64,000 nucleotides of DNA from Thainema sp. (GTDB taxonomy: Bacteria > Cyanobacteriota > Cyanobacteriia > Phormidesmidales > Phormidesmidaceae): assembly GCA_052168235.1 (NCBI GenBank), contig JBQLZK010000029.1, positions 1 to 64,000 of the forward strand, in the 5' to 3' direction. The position numbers were made by a program, and so were the translations under genes. Position 1 is the stretch's first letter, and every line of letters begins with the position of its first letter. Below the pieces are notes generated by a model, which was given only the letters and a program-made list of their open reading frames with translations, was not told the DNA's origin and ran no database searches. Positions 12,699-26,305 of the stretch are shown piece after piece.

Positions 12699-14573
12699 TT
12701 AGCTCACCAAAGCATCTTGAATCGTCTTGTTGTAGATAATGCGACCTGGCGTTGTCTTGACGTATTGCGAAATGATATTGCCATCTGCATCTTGCCGCAC
12801 GCGCCGATAGTTATAGAGCTTGGTAACTGTGCCGTCCCCTGCTTCAATGACTTCCTGTGGCTCACTATCGTCAAAACTAGATTCAACCAAACCGTCATAG
12901 CGCAGCCAAACGTAAGCATGTAGACCAACCAGGCCTTGCTCATAGGCCATAATGGTATCTTCCATACTGGCGTAGTAATGGCCTGCTCCCTTTGTATCTT
13001 CTGGGTTTTCAGCAGTGAGATAGTAACAGCCAAGCACCATATCTTGGCTCGGCGTGATAATCGGTTTACCCGTTGCAGGAGACAGAATATTGTTAGAGGC
13101 CAACATCAAGAGGCGCGCTTCTGCCTGGGCTTCTAAGGACAGCGGTACATGTACTGCCATTTGGTCGCCGTCGAAGTCAGCATTGAATGCAGGACAAACC
13201 AGAGGATGGAGTTGAATGGCTCGGCCTTCTACCAAAATGGGTTCAAATGCTTGAATACCCAAACGGTGGAGAGTTGGAGCACGGTTCAACATCACCGGAT
13301 GGCTTTCGATGACCTCTTCCAGAACGTCCCAAATGCTGGGATCATTGCGTTGAATCAGCTTTTTAGCGGCTTTGATGTTGTTGACCAGTCCCTGACGAAT
13401 TAGACGGTGAATTACAAACGGCTGAAATAGCTCGATCGCCATTTCCCGTGGCAGACCACACTGGTGAATCTTAAGTTTTGGACCAACCACGATCACGGAA
13501 CGACCGGAGTAGTCAACCCGTTTACCGAGCAGGTTCTGACGAAAACGGCCTTGTTTACCTTCAATAATGTCTGAGAGAGACTTCAAAGGGCGGTTATTGG
13601 CACCGACTACAGTTCGTCCCCGGCGGCCATTATCAATCAAGGCATCCACAGCTTCCTGGAGCATCCGCTTTTCGTTGCGGACAATGATTTCAGGTGCCAG
13701 AATCTCCTGTAGACGGGCCAATCGGTTGTTACGATTGATCACGCGCCGATAGAGGTCATTCAGGTCAGAGGTGGCGAAGCGACCACCATCTAGCTGCACC
13801 ATTGGCCGCAAGTCAGGCGGAATGACAGGAATAACGGAAAGCACCATCCATTCCTGATTAGAGCCAGTCGCAATGAAGTTATCGATTACACGCAAGCGTT
13901 TGATGAGCTTGGCGCGCTTTTGACCTTTTGAGTTTTCAATTTCTTCTCGCAGTGTCTCAGCTTCCGCTTCTAAATTGATGTCTTGGAGAAGCTGCTGAAT
14001 TGCTTCTGCACCAATACCAACTTCAATCCCAGAGAGCTGAGAATCTTCGCTGTAGAGCTGGTCTTCAATTTCGATCCACTGATCTTCGGTCAGAAGCTGC
14101 TTGTAGGATAAGTTTTCGGCATTGCCGGGATCAAGGACGACGTAGGCGTTAAAATAAACGATTTGCTCGACATCACGCAGCGGCATGTCTAGCAGAATGG
14201 CCATGTAACTGGGAATCCCTTTGAGATACCAAACGTGAGTTACAGGTGCGGCTAGCTTGATGTAGCCCATGCGGTGGCGGCGCACGCGTGATTCTGTGAC
14301 TTCTACACCACAGCGCTCACAAACAATGCCCCGGTGGCGCACCCGCTTATATTTGCCGCAGTGACATTCCCAGTCTTTGGCTGGCCCAAAAATGCGCTCA
14401 CAAAATAAGCCGTCCATTTCTGGCTTCAGGGTTCGATAGTTGATCGTTTCGGGCTTGGTGACTTCGCCAACGACTGTACCGTTGGGTAGAGTCCGTTCGC
14501 CCCACTGACGAATCCGATCGGGAGAGGCTAGGCCAATTTTGACGTAGTCAAATCGCTGTTCTAGCTTAGGCAT
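12699..14573 (-). CDS. rpoC1: RNA polymerase gamma subunit
   Basis: Catalytic NADFDGD motif, N-terminal Zn finger, 624 aa. Confidence 0.99.
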   Translation of the reverse strand: MPKLEQRFDYVKIGLASPDRIRQWGERTLPNGTVVGEVTKPETINYRTLKPEMDGLFCERIFGPAKDWECHCGKYKRVRHRGIVCERCGVEVTESRVRRHRMGYIKLAAPVTHVWYLKGIPSYMAILLDMPLRDVEQIVYFNAYVVLDPGNAENLSYKQLLTEDQWIEIEDQLYSEDSQLSGIEVGIGAEAIQQLLQDINLEAEAETLREEIENSKGQKRAKLIKRLRVIDNFIATGSNQEWMVLSVIPVIPPDLRPMVQLDGGRFATSDLNDLYRRVINRNNRLARLQEILAPEIIVRNEKRMLQEAVDALIDNGRRGRTVVGANNRPLKSLSDIIEGKQGRFRQNLLGKRVDYSGRSVIVVGPKLKIHQCGLPREMAIELFQPFVIHRLIRQGLVNNIKAAKKLIQRNDPSIWDVLEEVIESHPVMLNRAPTLHRLGIQAFEPILVEGRAIQLHPLVCPAFNADFDGDQMAVHVPLSLEAQAEARLLMLASNNILSPATGKPIITPSQDMVLGCYYLTAENPEDTKGAGHYYASMEDTIMAYEQGLVGLHAYVWLRYDGLVESSFDDSEPQEVIEAGDGTVTKLYNYRRVRQDADGNIISQYVKTTPGRIIYNKTIQDALVS

Positions 14574-14722
14574 GTTTACAGCTTCCTTAGTACCTGACGC
14601 TTATGTGGTTAAAAGGCAGATGAGATCGCAACTTAATCCGCTGAACTTGATCCGCTAGATCCACTCACTTTGATAGATAAGAGAGTGCGATCGCATCTTG
14701 AGTTAGGAGGTGAAATTGAGAA

Positions 14723-17700
14723 CTATTCTTCTTCGTCGTCATCGCCAGGAGGACCTGCGTATCCACCCAACTCCTCAGTGGTGACAGACTCATAAGTAGG
14801 ACGCGAAGGCGCACGTCGGCTGTTAGCATCGGCCATCAGGTCAACTTCAATATCGCGACTGGTACCGTCCTCACGAGTTTCTAACTTGTGAACGGCGATG
14901 TCTAAACAAAGTGACTGAAGTTCTCGCATCAGTACCTTAAAGGATTCCGGCGTACCAGGTCGTGGGATAGCCTTACCCTTCACAATGGCGTTGAGCGCCT
15001 CGTTGCGGCCCTGCATATCATCGGATTTGACTGTTAGCAGTTCCTGTAGGGTATAAGCTGCACCAAAAGCTTCCAGTGCCCAAACCTCCATCTCTCCGAA
15101 GCGCTGACCACCCTGCTGCGCTTTTCCACCCAGCGGCTGCTGGGTAACCAGCGAGTACGGCCCTGTCGAACGAGCGTGGATCTTGTCGTCTACCAGGTGA
15201 ACTAGCTTCAGCATATAAGCTTTACCAACGGTCACTGGGCGATCGAACGGCTCCCCGGTACGACCATCAAAGACCTGGATTTTGCCAGGATTATCAGGAT
15301 TGAATACCCAGTCTTTGCCCGTCTTTTGCCGCGCTTCTTCTAGCTTGCCGTGAGTTGTAATACGAGAAGCTTCTTCACCGTACATCTCATCAAACGGTAC
15401 GATCTTGAAGCGGGAATTGAGGCATTCGCCAGCCCAACCCAGCAAGCATTCAAACACCTGTCCTACGTTCATCCGGGACGGTACACCTAGCGGATTGAGC
15501 ACCACATCAATCGGCGTACCATCGGGCAGATAGGGCATATCTTCGATCGGCAGAATGCGCGAAATAATTCCCTTGTTACCGTGGCGGCCAGCCATCTTGT
15601 CGCCGACCTGAATCTTACGCTTCTGGGCAACATAGACGCGAACGACCATATTGGCACCGGGTGGTAATTCATCGCCCTGTTCACGGGTAAAGACTCGCAC
15701 ATCAACAACGCGGCCTTTCTCACCGTTCGGAACGCGAAGGGAGTTATCCCGCACATCACGAGCTTTTTCACCGAAAATAGCCCGGAGCAGTTTTTCTTCA
15801 GGAGGCTGATCGGATTCACCCTTGGGCGTCACTTTACCCACTAGGATGTCGCCCGCTTCAACCCAGGCACCAATCCGGATAATGCCCGTTTCATCAAGTT
15901 GTCGGAGTGAATCCTCACCAACGTTAGGAATTTCACGGGTAATTTCTTCTGGGCCTAGCTTGGTTTGACGAGCCTCAATCTCATATTTCTCAATGTGGAT
16001 TGAGGTATACACATCGTCATAAACCAACCGCTCACTAATCAGGATCGCGTCCTCATAGTTGTAGCCTTCCCAGGGCATGTAAGTGATGAGCACGTTCTGG
16101 CCAAGGGCAATTTCACCACCCTCCGCAGCAGAGCCATCTGCCAGCACTTGTCCTCTCTGAATTTCCTGACCTTGAAAAACAATTGGTCGCTGGTTCAAGC
16201 AGGTGTCCTGGTTAGAGCGCTGGTACTTTTGCAGTTCATGAACATGTTCTCTTCCTTCCTGGTCACGAACGCGCACAGAATTTGCATCAACATAAGAAAC
16301 AACACCAGCAGCGCGACTGGTAACAACCATGCCGGAGTCACGAGCCGCTTGCGCTTCCAGACCTGTACCAACTAATGGACGCTCAGGTCGGAGTAGCGGT
16401 ACCGCTTGGCGCTGCATGTTTGAACCCATGAGCGCTCGGTTCGCATCGTCATGCTCCAGGAATGGAATTAGCGAGGTAGCAACTGAGATGATCTGTACAG
16501 GTGACACCGCAACGTAATCCACCTCTGTAGGCGATGTTGTTGTAAAGTCTTGCCGATATCGAACCGGTACGGTCTCTCCCAAAATGAAGCCGTTTTCGTC
16601 CGTGGGAATATCGCCTGGAGCCACGCGGATGTCGTCTTCCTCATCAGCGGTCATGTAAATCGGGGACTGGTCACGCAGCACCTGCCCATTCCGCACCGGA
16701 AAGAAAGGAGTCTCAATGAAACCGTAGGCATTGACGCGAGCATGAGTAGCCAGTGACCCGATCAGACCTGCGTTCGGACCTTCAGGTGTTTCAATCGGGC
16801 AGATCCGACCGTGGTGGGACGGATGAATATCGCGTACCGCGAATCCGGCCCGCTCCCGTGTCAGACCACCAGGGCCTAACGCACTGAGACGGCGCTTATG
16901 CGTCAACTCAGCCAGTGGATTTGTCTGATCCATAAACTGAGACAATTGGCTGGAGCCGAAAAATTCCTTAATAGCCGCAACCAAAGGTTTCGGGTTAACT
17001 AACGAAGCAGGCGTCAGCGAATCGGCATCGGAAACAGTCATCCGTTCTCGGATGATGCGCTCTAAACGGTTTAGACCAACTCGAACTTGGTTCTGCAAGA
17101 GTTCACCAACGGAGCGAACGCGCCGATTACCGAGGTGGTCAATGTCATCAACGCTACCGATGTCAAATTCAAGATTGATTAGATAATCAACGGCAGCGAG
17201 GATATCTTGCGGCGTTAAAACGCGAATGGTTTCGGGTGTGCTCAGCCGCAGCTTGCGATTGAGTTTATATCGGCCAACTTTCCCTAAGTCATAACGTTTG
17301 GGATCAAAGAAGCGGGACTCTAGGAGTTGGTTACCGCCAGAGACAGTTGGTGGTTCACCTGGACGCAGCTTACGATAAAGCTCCATCAGAGCTTCTTCTT
17401 CGGAATACTGTCCTTCTTTCTCAATCGTCTTTTGGAAATATTCTGGATGGCGCAGTGCATCAAAAATTTCGCCGTCGCTGAGTCCCAATGCTTTTAGTAG
17501 AACTTGGGCCGATAGCTTACGAGTTTTATCAATTCGTACCCAGACCAAACCGTTTTTATCGGTTTCAAACTTTAGCCACGCACCACGGTTAGGAATCAAG
17601 TTGGCATTGTAAGTCCGTCGTCCGTTTTTATCGGTTTCGGACTTGTAATATACGCCAGGACTCCGCACGATCTGGTTAACGATGACGCGCTCAGCACCGT

Positions 17701-18064
17701 TGATGATGAAGGTGCCTCGGTCGGTCATCAAGGGCAGATCGCCAATGAAAACTTCTTGCTCTTTAATCTCTCCAGTCTCTTTATTGATGAGACGGGTCGG
17801 TACGTACATTTGCACTGAGTAAGTGCTATCTCGCCGTTTGGCTTCATCAACGTCATATTTAGGACGCTTTAGCCGATAATCTTTACCTAAAAAGTGAAGT
17901 TCTAGTTTTCCGGTATAGTCGGTGATAGGGGAAAAGCTATCTAACTCTTCAATGAGTCCTTCTTCTAGAAACCAACGGAAGCTGGCCCGCTGAATTTCAA
18001 CCAAGTCTGGCAGGGTAAAAGCGGGTGCAGATTGGACAGGTGCGGATTGGATCTGGTTAGTCAT
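14723..18064 (-). CDS. rpoB: RNA polymerase beta subunit
   Basis: [26 protein letters not shown], rifampicin-binding region; ATG at 18064 has a GAGGAGG RBS. Confidence 0.99.
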   Translation of the reverse strand: MTNQIQSAPVQSAPAFTLPDLVEIQRASFRWFLEEGLIEELDSFSPITDYTGKLELHFLGKDYRLKRPKYDVDEAKRRDSTYSVQMYVPTRLINKETGEIKEQEVFIGDLPLMTDRGTFIINGAERVIVNQIVRSPGVYYKSETDKNGRRTYNANLIPNRGAWLKFETDKNGLVWVRIDKTRKLSAQVLLKALGLSDGEIFDALRHPEYFQKTIEKEGQYSEEEALMELYRKLRPGEPPTVSGGNQLLESRFFDPKRYDLGKVGRYKLNRKLRLSTPETIRVLTPQDILAAVDYLINLEFDIGSVDDIDHLGNRRVRSVGELLQNQVRVGLNRLERIIRERMTVSDADSLTPASLVNPKPLVAAIKEFFGSSQLSQFMDQTNPLAELTHKRRLSALGPGGLTRERAGFAVRDIHPSHHGRICPIETPEGPNAGLIGSLATHARVNAYGFIETPFFPVRNGQVLRDQSPIYMTADEEDDIRVAPGDIPTDENGFILGETVPVRYRQDFTTTSPTEVDYVAVSPVQIISVATSLIPFLEHDDANRALMGSNMQRQAVPLLRPERPLVGTGLEAQAARDSGMVVTSRAAGVVSYVDANSVRVRDQEGREHVHELQKYQRSNQDTCLNQRPIVFQGQEIQRGQVLADGSAAEGGEIALGQNVLITYMPWEGYNYEDAILISERLVYDDVYTSIHIEKYEIEARQTKLGPEEITREIPNVGEDSLRQLDETGIIRIGAWVEAGDILVGKVTPKGESDQPPEEKLLRAIFGEKARDVRDNSLRVPNGEKGRVVDVRVFTREQGDELPPGANMVVRVYVAQKRKIQVGDKMAGRHGNKGIISRILPIEDMPYLPDGTPIDVVLNPLGVPSRMNVGQVFECLLGWAGECLNSRFKIVPFDEMYGEEASRITTHGKLEEARQKTGKDWVFNPDNPGKIQVFDGRTGEPFDRPVTVGKAYMLKLVHLVDDKIHARSTGPYSLVTQQPLGGKAQQGGQRFGEMEVWALEAFGAAYTLQELLTVKSDDMQGRNEALNAIVKGKAIPRPGTPESFKVLMRELQSLCLDIAVHKLETREDGTSRDIEVDLMADANSRRAPSRPTYESVTTEELGGYAGPPGDDDEEE

Positions 18065-18547
18065 GCGCCTCCTCATGGGGTTACGCCGAAGCGAGCCCGG
18101 ATACTACTCAAACAATCTGAAAATCTGTCAAGGCAAAATCAACCAAGACGACAAGCCCTCATGTGAGGGCTGGGAATTTAAGCAACAAGTTGTGACAACA
18201 ACAATCTCAACAGCATGAATTCGCGGAGCAACAACCTTAATTGGCAACTAATGGGTTCAACTGCTTTTTGAGAAAGAACCTGTCATGTCCTCTAGCTTTG
18301 TGCGGTTTAGCATGACGAACTCGTGAATTCTGCGGCGCTGCGATCGCGAACCGAAGGCAAACCAATGCTGAAGTAATCAATTTTTGGCTAAGCAACGTTA
18401 CGAATAATGAATACTAACTCTCTCAATAAATTATGACGCATAAAACGTCAAGCTGATTGACTAAATCAAAAAAATATGCCAAAGCAACCGTAGATCGTCA
18501 GCATCTTTACATTCCTTAATTTATCGCCTCATAGGGCAGAGTCTCGA

Positions 18548-19372
18548 TTAGACGCTAGATAGTGAAAGAGACTCATCTGCTGCATCGGCTAATGACAACT
18601 GAAACAAACGGCAGGCATTCGCTGTGGATTGTCCAGCAATTTGAGCAGCGGATACATTGCGCAGATGGGCGACGTGATTTGCCACATGCTGGACATTAGC
18701 AGGCTGATTACGGCGTTCTTTACGCTTTGGCTCTGGCGTGAGAAAAGGGCAGTCCGTTTCAATCAAGAGCCGATCGTTAGGCACCATTTGAGCCGAAGCC
18801 TTAATTGATGCTGCATTTTTGAACGTGACGATGCCGCTAAAGCTGATATAGAAGCCTAAGTCCAAAAAGCGCTGAGTCTCTTCTGGATCACCGGCCCAGC
18901 AGTGCATAACGCCTGTAACTGGGCCTTCAGTTTCCCAAATGCGCTGCAGTTCATCAGCGAGCTGATCTGCAGCATCGCGACAGTGAATAATGATGGGAAG
19001 CTGAAGCTGACGCGCGATCGCAACTTGAGCACGAAAGGCTTGCAGTTGCTGATCGTAGTTTTTAGCTTTGAACAGGTCTAAACCCATTTCGCCAATTGCT
19101 ACAACCCTTGCATCAGACTGAGCCAGGCGGTAAATTTCGTTGGCTGTGTCCTCTGTCCACTGATCGACATCAAGCGGATGGAGGCCCACGGCAAACGAAA
19201 CTTCACCGGGAAACCGATCTGCGATCGCGCGAATCGAATCAAACTCAGATGGTTCAACGCAAGAGTGCACAAGATGAACAACTCCCGCATCACGCCACGC
19301 CTGAGCGATTTCGTCTAAATCAGACTGAAACGCCTCAAAGTTGATATGAACATGAGTATCAATCAACTGCAT
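18548..19372 (-). CDS. tatD: TatD family deoxyribonuclease
   Basis: [31 protein letters not shown]; conserved position between rpsT and rpoB. Confidence 0.95.
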   Translation of the reverse strand: MQLIDTHVHINFEAFQSDLDEIAQAWRDAGVVHLVHSCVEPSEFDSIRAIADRFPGEVSFAVGLHPLDVDQWTEDTANEIYRLAQSDARVVAIGEMGLDLFKAKNYDQQLQAFRAQVAIARQLQLPIIIHCRDAADQLADELQRIWETEGPVTGVMHCWAGDPEETQRFLDLGFYISFSGIVTFKNAASIKASAQMVPNDRLLIETDCPFLTPEPKRKERRNQPANVQHVANHVAHLRNVSAAQIAGQSTANACRLFQLSLADAADESLSLSSV

Positions 19373-19509
19373 AGGGATTTGGCTCGATACAAACAGCAAA
19401 CGCTAGCAAGGTATAAAAAGAATCCTTGATGGCAAAAACTATCTAGCCCCAGGAATCGAATTCAACGGAATCTACGGAATCTGATGCGGCGACCGTTGTG
19501 CTAGCTCAT

Positions 19510-19800
19510 CTAAAGCTTAACGTGCTGCTTATAGATACGGGCAATACGAGATTTCTTCCGTGCTCCATTATTTTCATGTAGAGCGCCCCGCTTTACGGCC
19601 TTGTCAATTTTGCTGTAAGCCGCTGACATCCGTTGCTTAACTTCTTCCAGCGCTTCGCCACCCGGATTCGCTTCATACGCTTCAACGGCTGCTAGATATC
19701 GTTTCGTCAGTGTCTTAACAGCTGACTTGTAAGACTTATTGCGGAGACGGTTGCGCTCAGCAATCTGAGCGCGCTTCATTGCAGATTTGATATTGGCCAC
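19510..19800 (-). CDS. rpsT: 30S ribosomal protein S20
   Basis: (M)[36 protein letters not shown] start at 19800. Confidence 0.97.
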   Translation of the reverse strand: MANIKSAMKRAQIAERNRLRNKSYKSAVKTLTKRYLAAVEAYEANPGGEALEEVKQRMSAAYSKIDKAVKRGALHENNGARKKSRIARIYKQHVKL

Positions 19801-19998
19801 AGCGACTTCCCTAAAAGCTAACGTATAGAAGACTGACATAGGATTTCTAGTCCCATCTTCTCAACTCCGCTGCAAGTGAGATGTAAACACTCATCTCAAA
19901 CAACCAGAGTCAAGTAGTTGACACTAGATTCCCAAACAACCAGCACTGAATTAATAATCTTATCACTGATTTCAATTTTGTGAAGACCAGTGTAAAGA

Positions 19999-22437
19999 CT
20001 AGCTGCGCAGACTGACCTGGAATTTCTCTTCCAGCGCCTCTCTCACCTTCTGATGAACCGCTTCTACATCTTTATCGGTCAACGTGCGATCGCTAGCGCG
20101 ATAAACCAAGCGGAATGCTAAACTACGCTGTCCTTCCGGCACATGTTCACCGCAATATTCATCAAAAAGTTCAAGGGTTTCCAGTAAACTCCGACCAGCT
20201 TTACGGATGGTGCGTTCGATATCCGCTACGGTTACTTGCAGCGGTGCAAAGAAAGCAATATCGCGATCGGAGGCCGGATAGGTGGAATAAGGCTGGAAGC
20301 GAGCAATATTGTTTTCGTCCTGATCTAGACCATTTAACAGAACGTCCAGATCCAGATCAAATAAGTAAACGGCTTCCGGTAGCTCACGCTCTTGCCTTAG
20401 CTTAGGATGAAGTTGGCCAAACGTGCCGAGTCGCTCTCCATTCAGCCACAGAGAAGCAGTTCGCCCAGGATGCAGACGCTCATCCCGCCGATCCGCACCA
20501 TATTCAACCTCTAATCCAAGCCGCGTAAAGATTTGCTCCAAAACGCCCTTCGCTTCAAACCAGGTTAGCGGTTGCTCACGCCCTGCCCGTGCCCACCGTC
20601 CAACTGTTGGATCGCCACCGATGACGCCAGCAAGATGTTCGGCTTCTGCTAGACCATCTTCGTCTTTCCAAAAAACGCGACCAATCTCAAAGCCGTTCAG
20701 AGAGCCATTGCCCTGTTCCAAGTTGTACTGAAAGGCATCAATCAGCGCCGAGATTAAATCCAGCCGCAAGGCAGAGTATTCAGCGAATAGAGGATTCGCT
20801 AGCACGACCTGATGATCATCAACTTGCTTACCGACCGAGTAGTGAACTACTTCCGTCAGCCCTGCTGCCCGCATCGCTTCGCGAACGCGCTGAGTGAGGT
20901 CAAACTCAACCGATAAGTAGCCCGGTTCCGTCTTCTCTGGTAGCGTTTCGCAAAATTCGTTGTAACCATACAGCCGCGCGATTTCTTCGATGAGATCGAT
21001 TTCCCGCTCCAAATCTCGATATCGGTAAGGTGGCACCTTGACTGACCAAGTGTTTTCAGCCCCTACGGGTGTTAGCTGACAACCTAGCGCCGTCAAAATC
21101 TGCTCAACTCTCGCAGCCTTCAACTCATCTGTGCCATCAGCCGTATCGTCAGAATCCACTGGGCCTAGAATTTGATTCACTCGATCCAAACGCAATTCAA
21201 TCGTGCGCGTCAAAGATGGCATATCAGCCTCGTCCCGCGCCTGGGTAGTGACTTTGCCACCCGTTAATTCAGTAATCAGCTGAATCGCTCGATTCGCAGC
21301 CGTTTCCAGTTCAGCCAAGTTAACACCACGCTCATAGCGGGCCGAAGCTTCCGTGCGTAAACCTTGGCTCCGGGCCGAGCGACGAATGGGCGCACTCTCG
21401 AAATAAGCCGCTTCCAACAACAAATTCTGGGTGCTGTCTACCACCTCGGTTTCTTCCCCACCCATAACACCCGCAAGCGCAACAGGCTGATCATTGGCGG
21501 TGATCAGCAGCGTTTGCTCCTGTAGGGAACGGGTTTGACTATCTAAAGTACGTAACTTTTCGCCGGATTGAGCAAATCGGACACCGATGCGTAGATTATC
21601 TGACTGAGTCACCTGCTGAATGCGATCGCGATCAAACGCATGCAGCGGCTGCCCCCACTCCAGCAGCACATAATTGGTGATATCGACCACGTTATTGATT
21701 GGGCGAGTCCCTGCGGCCAGCAACCGCTGCTGTAGCCAAAGCGGTGATGGTTCAATCTTGACCGACTCAATTACCGTTCCAACATAAAAGGGACATGCCT
21801 TTGGTTCGGAAACTTGAATTTTCAGAGATTGTGAAGACGATACGCTCGGCTGAGCGGGAGCCGGTAAATGCAGCTTAGCTCCCGTAATCGCTGCCAATTC
21901 GCGGGCAATCCCAACCATACTCAACGCATCAGCTCGGTTTGCCGTAGACGTAACATCCAGTACGACATCATCTAAACCCAAATAGGGGCGAGCATCCTCT
22001 CCCGCTTTTAGACCATCTTGGGTAAAAATGTGAATGCCTTCTGACTCCTTGGCGAGTCCAACTTCAGCTAATGAGCAAATCATGCCCTCTGAAGGCACAC
22101 CGCGCAGTTTACGGGGTTTAATTTTGAGATCAACAATCGGCAAATATGTACCCACTGTTGCCACAGCCACCCAAATATGCGATCGCACATTCGCGGCACC
22201 ACACACAATTGTAGAGGGTACATCCGTACCGATATCAACCTGACAGACGCTCAGCTTATCTGCATCCGGATGGGGATTACGCTCAAGCACACGCCCGATG
22301 ACCACTCCATCCGCCCAAGTCCGCCGATCTTCAATGTCTTCGACCTCAAAGCCAGCCATTGTCAGCGTGTCTGCCAGCTGTTCGGGGTTCATCTGGACAT
22401 CTACCAGCTCTCGTAGCCAGTTCAAAGAAATACGCAT
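19999..22437 (-). CDS. pheT: Phenylalanine-tRNA ligase beta subunit
   Basis: [38 protein letters not shown]-terminal anticodon-binding domain. Confidence 0.98.
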   Translation of the reverse strand: MRISLNWLRELVDVQMNPEQLADTLTMAGFEVEDIEDRRTWADGVVIGRVLERNPHPDADKLSVCQVDIGTDVPSTIVCGAANVRSHIWVAVATVGTYLPIVDLKIKPRKLRGVPSEGMICSLAEVGLAKESEGIHIFTQDGLKAGEDARPYLGLDDVVLDVTSTANRADALSMVGIARELAAITGAKLHLPAPAQPSVSSSQSLKIQVSEPKACPFYVGTVIESVKIEPSPLWLQQRLLAAGTRPINNVVDITNYVLLEWGQPLHAFDRDRIQQVTQSDNLRIGVRFAQSGEKLRTLDSQTRSLQEQTLLITANDQPVALAGVMGGEETEVVDSTQNLLLEAAYFESAPIRRSARSQGLRTEASARYERGVNLAELETAANRAIQLITELTGGKVTTQARDEADMPSLTRTIELRLDRVNQILGPVDSDDTADGTDELKAARVEQILTALGCQLTPVGAENTWSVKVPPYRYRDLEREIDLIEEIARLYGYNEFCETLPEKTEPGYLSVEFDLTQRVREAMRAAGLTEVVHYSVGKQVDDHQVVLANPLFAEYSALRLDLISALIDAFQYNLEQGNGSLNGFEIGRVFWKDEDGLAEAEHLAGVIGGDPTVGRWARAGREQPLTWFEAKGVLEQIFTRLGLEVEYGADRRDERLHPGRTASLWLNGERLGTFGQLHPKLRQERELPEAVYLFDLDLDVLLNGLDQDENNIARFQPYSTYPASDRDIAFFAPLQVTVADIERTIRKAGRSLLETLELFDEYCGEHVPEGQRSLAFRLVYRASDRTLTDKDVEAVHQKVREALEEKFQVSLRS

Positions 22438-22989
22438 TACTTACTTCTGTAGAGTTGCAGGAGTGATTTACAAGCTTGGCAAATTTTTGCCTTCATCATT
22501 CTACCGCTCTATCTTGGCTCTACTGAGCAATTTGGCTAAGGTCTGGGCACTGTAGAGGTAGAGCCGTGTGATTCGTAGCACATCATGTTGGAGTTCGTGA
22601 CTGTATGCCCTGTTTGCTCCATAGGCCCAGTATAAAATTTGAGATGTTCGATTTATGTGACCCTGAATTCCGTAAGAGTATGCAGCTTCGGCAAGATTTC
22701 AACAAAAAAGCAAGTTACTTTAGCAACTCTTCAAGGGTTTTCCCGCATAAATGGCGCTCTGTTCGCTGTGAAGTCAGTCGATAATAGAGGTATAAGATTT
22801 TTGTGTTTTTGATATCTCAGGGACTAGCATCGTTTCTTGAACGAAAGAAATCTGGAAGTATAGATCCTGAATCCGGCGATCCCCAGCGATCCCAAATTGT
22901 AAAATGCCCTATTCCTCTTCAATTTAACGACTGCATATCTACGACAAAAACAGCGTTATTCAACGTTAGTCCACAGGCGAGTAATTAGA

Positions 22990-24627
22990 ATGAGCTACTG
23001 CTTAAATCCTTCCTGCTCTCATCCCGAAAACCCGGCCAAAGCCGAGGTTTGTCAGGCATGCGGCTTGAAGCTTCTATTGCGCGATCGCTACCGGGTCAAG
23101 CGAGCCCTAGGCAAGGGTGGATTTGGAGCAACATTCCTCGCTCGGGATTTTTCACTGCCGGGGCATCCCTACTGCGTGATTAAACAGCTTCAACCTGCCG
23201 CCAATTCGCCTCACGTTATGCAGATGGCGCGAGACTTATTCAAACGGGAGGCCAAAACCCTTGGGAAAATCGGCAACCATCCCCAACTGCCTCGACTGCT
23301 CGATTATTTTGAAAGCAATCAGGAATTTTATCTCGTACAGGAATATGTCTGTGGCATCACGCTCCAGCAAGAAGTTAAGCGGGGTGGGCCATTTACTGAA
23401 GCGGGAGTCAAGCAGTTCCTCAGCGAAATCTTACCTGTACTCAATTATATTCATCAGCAGCAGGTCATTCACCGCGATATTAAGCCAGGAAATATTATTC
23501 GCCGTGAACAGGATAAAAAGCTGGTGCTAATTGACTTTGGCGCAGTCAAAGATAAAGTTAATCCAGAACGGGCTAACGCATCGGAACAAACGGCTTTGAC
23601 AGCATATGCCATTGGGACTCCGGGCTATGCTCCTCCAGAGCAAATGGCCATGCGTCCGGTCTACGCCAGCGATATTTATGCATTAGGCGTCACTTGCCTC
23701 TATTTACTCACGGGACAGTCGCCTAAGGATTTGGCTTACGACCCAGTAACGGGTGAGGTCATGTGGCGGGAGCAGGTGCATGTCAGCAGCCATTTTGCTG
23801 ATGTTCTGCAAAAAACGCTGGAGGTGTCGGTTAAGCATCGTTATCAATCTGCGGAAGAAGTGCTGCGAGCCCTCGATTTGGAGCCGTATCTAGACAGTTT
23901 GGCTCAAAATATGGCGGTGCAGGGCACAACGTCAACAGCAGCGAATGCGTCTCCGATGGCTCCGCCTGAGCGTGGCCTGCGCATGCCGGATTCGTCTGCC
24001 ATGACCTCATCTCCTTCAGCTCGGGTAGCGGCGGCAATTCGAGCCCGTCGAGCCCGTTCTGGCTACACCACATCCTCGGTTGAGCAAACTCATATTCAAT
24101 CTCAAACAGCGGGGTACTCTGGTGGATCACGGCAAGCTAAATCGCCTACTACGAGTAGCGGTACGAGCAATAGTGGTGGACAAGCCAAGCTGCCGACACG
24201 CATGGATGAGGATGGGATTAAACTGGCCTATGGTAAGGGTCGGCGGGACTTTTCTGCTTGCGACTTGAGCTTGTTGGATTTGCGCAAAACGACTCTGGCC
24301 GGAGCCAATTTTAACCAGTCCAAGCTGCAAAGCACTCGGTTACATGGCGCTAATCTGTCAAACGCAAACTTTAGTCGAGCGAATTTGGGTAAGGCAATTC
24401 TTCGCAATGCCAACCTAGAACGAGCCTATTTAGGTTATGCCAACCTAGAAGGCACAGATTTGAGAGGCGCAGATTTAAGTCACGCCCATTTAAGCAACGC
24501 CAGTTTGCGGGGAGCTAATCTGTGTGGGGCTGATTTAACCGGCGCACGCATTGACGAAATTCAGCTAGAAATGGCGAAGACGAACTGGTCAACGATTTAT
24601 CCAAACGGTCGGCGGGGAATTTGGTGA
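22990..24627 (+). CDS. Ser/Thr protein kinase with N-terminal 4-Cys motif and C-terminal pentapeptide repeats (SpkB type)
   Basis: MSYCLNPSC..CQACG, GKGGFG, HRDIKPGN, DFG, followed by A(N/D)LxxA pentapeptide repeats. Confidence 0.93.
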   Translation: MSYCLNPSCSHPENPAKAEVCQACGLKLLLRDRYRVKRALGKGGFGATFLARDFSLPGHPYCVIKQLQPAANSPHVMQMARDLFKREAKTLGKIGNHPQLPRLLDYFESNQEFYLVQEYVCGITLQQEVKRGGPFTEAGVKQFLSEILPVLNYIHQQQVIHRDIKPGNIIRREQDKKLVLIDFGAVKDKVNPERANASEQTALTAYAIGTPGYAPPEQMAMRPVYASDIYALGVTCLYLLTGQSPKDLAYDPVTGEVMWREQVHVSSHFADVLQKTLEVSVKHRYQSAEEVLRALDLEPYLDSLAQNMAVQGTTSTAANASPMAPPERGLRMPDSSAMTSSPSARVAAAIRARRARSGYTTSSVEQTHIQSQTAGYSGGSRQAKSPTTSSGTSNSGGQAKLPTRMDEDGIKLAYGKGRRDFSACDLSLLDLRKTTLAGANFNQSKLQSTRLHGANLSNANFSRANLGKAILRNANLERAYLGYANLEGTDLRGADLSHAHLSNASLRGANLCGADLTGARIDEIQLEMAKTNWSTIYPNGRRGIW

Positions 24628-24734
24628 TGATTTGTGAGTCGAGGAAATTGTGTACGGGAGAAGAAATAGAGTTTAGAAGGTTTTAAGGCCGTAAAAGGAG
24701 AGTTGCAAAGAAGAAGAGGATCAGAAGAAGGGAG

Positions 24735-24911
24735 CTACTCGGACCAGCGCAGCAAGTTGAAGGTGATTAGTCCAGCTGTTGTGAAGATGAGCAACCATAA
24801 TATGCCGCCTGGCAGAAAGGACAAAATGCCAAATCCACGCAGTATCCAGATAATTACGGTGAGTGCGATCGCAATTATCATGGCGGTTGTTTCGGGTCTG
24901 TAGGCTCTCAT
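24735..24911 (-). CDS. Small 2-TM membrane protein (58 aa)
   Basis: MRAYRPETTAMIIAIALTVIIWILRGFGILSFLPGGILWLLIF..; ATG overlaps the upstream TGA (TGATG). Confidence 0.75.
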   Translation of the reverse strand: MRAYRPETTAMIIAIALTVIIWILRGFGILSFLPGGILWLLIFTTAGLITFNLLRWSE

Positions 24912-25087
24912 CACGCTCCTTTCAATCCTCCCATAATGCCGACGCCAACTGCCAACAGCAGCAGTGCCCAAAGAACGTGCTCTGGAATATTAGGCAGTAT
25001 GCCAAAGCCTTTTAACAGCATAACAACCGCCGCTATGACCAGCATAACGGCAAGAATCGACAGCAAAATTCGAATGGCAAGGTTCAT
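24911..25087 (-). CDS. Small 2-TM membrane protein (58 aa), paralog of the downstream ORF; absent from the ORF track
   Basis: Hand translation: MNLAIRILLSILAVMLVIAAVVMLLKGFGILPNIPEHVLWALLLLAVGVGIMGGLKGA*. Confidence 0.75.
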   Translation of the reverse strand: MNLAIRILLSILAVMLVIAAVVMLLKGFGILPNIPEHVLWALLLLAVGVGIMGGLKGA

Positions 25088-25401
25088 ATCACAACGTTAA
25101 TCAACATGGATGGAGTCTGCTCTAATCGGCAGCTCATTGTACAGCTTGTGCAGTGTTTCGAGCCTGAGTTTGAATTAGCCCAGTTTCAACACAATTGGGG
25201 AACTGGCATGTGATACAAGATTGGGTTATGGAATCCCAGAAGAATCCTGGCTGAAATGGACAACCGCTTACACCACCGTTTAACCGATGGCAGCAGGCTA
25301 GAGATGACTGAACAAAGATCGCATCGCCAGTCTCAAATTTTTCCCTCTTTCTGGGAAAACTAAGGGCAGATCGAACGGTAGATGCTTACAGTTGATGATT
25401 T

Positions 25402-26196
25402 ATGGATCAGCCACTCCCTCAACTTCCCCGTAAGAAATTTACCAGCTTAAGAAGCCTATTGGATACGCTACCGCCAGAAGCACGCCAGTGGGTGGAAAGT
25501 TTGCCGTGGGAAAAACGCCGCTATGTCCTCTCACTGTGCTACCTGCTTTCTGCAACGCCTCCCGAGGTACAGGCGGAATTTCTGGACGATTACACCGCTG
25601 ATGGTTTGGTGTCGAAGCTACTAGAAGATCGCGACACCAAACAGCGCGTGATGGACTATCTTCAAGAATTCCACATCGACACGCAGATTGATGAAAAAGT
25701 TTTGAGACAATATATTCGGCAGTTTTATATCCATTCGGCGCAGGATACGCGAACACAGCCCAATCGCTATCTCGAATCTGCGCTGCGACTCGTCACGGAC
25801 AGCACCGAGCGCAACAATGTGTTCAACTACATTTTAGGGGCGGAACTGATCAAAATGATGTTTCGCATGAGCTGGCTGCAGCACGAACGGCTCTATCGGC
25901 TCCAGCGCAACCAGGAAGAGTTCATTCAGCTCTTTATTCGCCCGATTCAACATGCCCACCGCATCAATCGAATTATTGTGCCCCGTAATGAAAAGCAATT
26001 TTTTGCCCGACGGGAGTACTTTGTGCAGTGCCCGCTGATTCCGGAACGCAAATTAGTAGAACTGATGATGGCGACCTTTACGGCTGAGATCGTAACCCAT
26101 TTGGGCTTTTCGCTGATTCGGCACCACAGCTCGTTTCAGTTTGACTATGACTTGATCTTTGCAGATGAGCCGCAAGAGGCAATTTTCAACCCCTAA
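25402..26196 (+). CDS. Conserved cyanobacterial hypothetical protein
   Basis: 264-aa ORF with normal composition; no catalytic motif recognised. Confidence 0.75.
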   Translation: MDQPLPQLPRKKFTSLRSLLDTLPPEARQWVESLPWEKRRYVLSLCYLLSATPPEVQAEFLDDYTADGLVSKLLEDRDTKQRVMDYLQEFHIDTQIDEKVLRQYIRQFYIHSAQDTRTQPNRYLESALRLVTDSTERNNVFNYILGAELIKMMFRMSWLQHERLYRLQRNQEEFIQLFIRPIQHAHRINRIIVPRNEKQFFARREYFVQCPLIPERKLVELMMATFTAEIVTHLGFSLIRHHSSFQFDYDLIFADEPQEAIFNP

Positions 26197-26305
26197 CTTT
26201 ATCTCTAACTTGAATTCTCAACTTTTTGAATAGGATACCTACACAGTTTATACAGACACAGCTTACACAGATACAGCTAGCCTCCGGAAACAAGCAGATG
26301 AAGCC

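Noticed and set aside
25402..26196. Cobyrinic acid a,c-diamide synthase label that I recall being attached to similar proteins
   Set aside because: No P-loop or glutamine amidotransferase motif in the sequence
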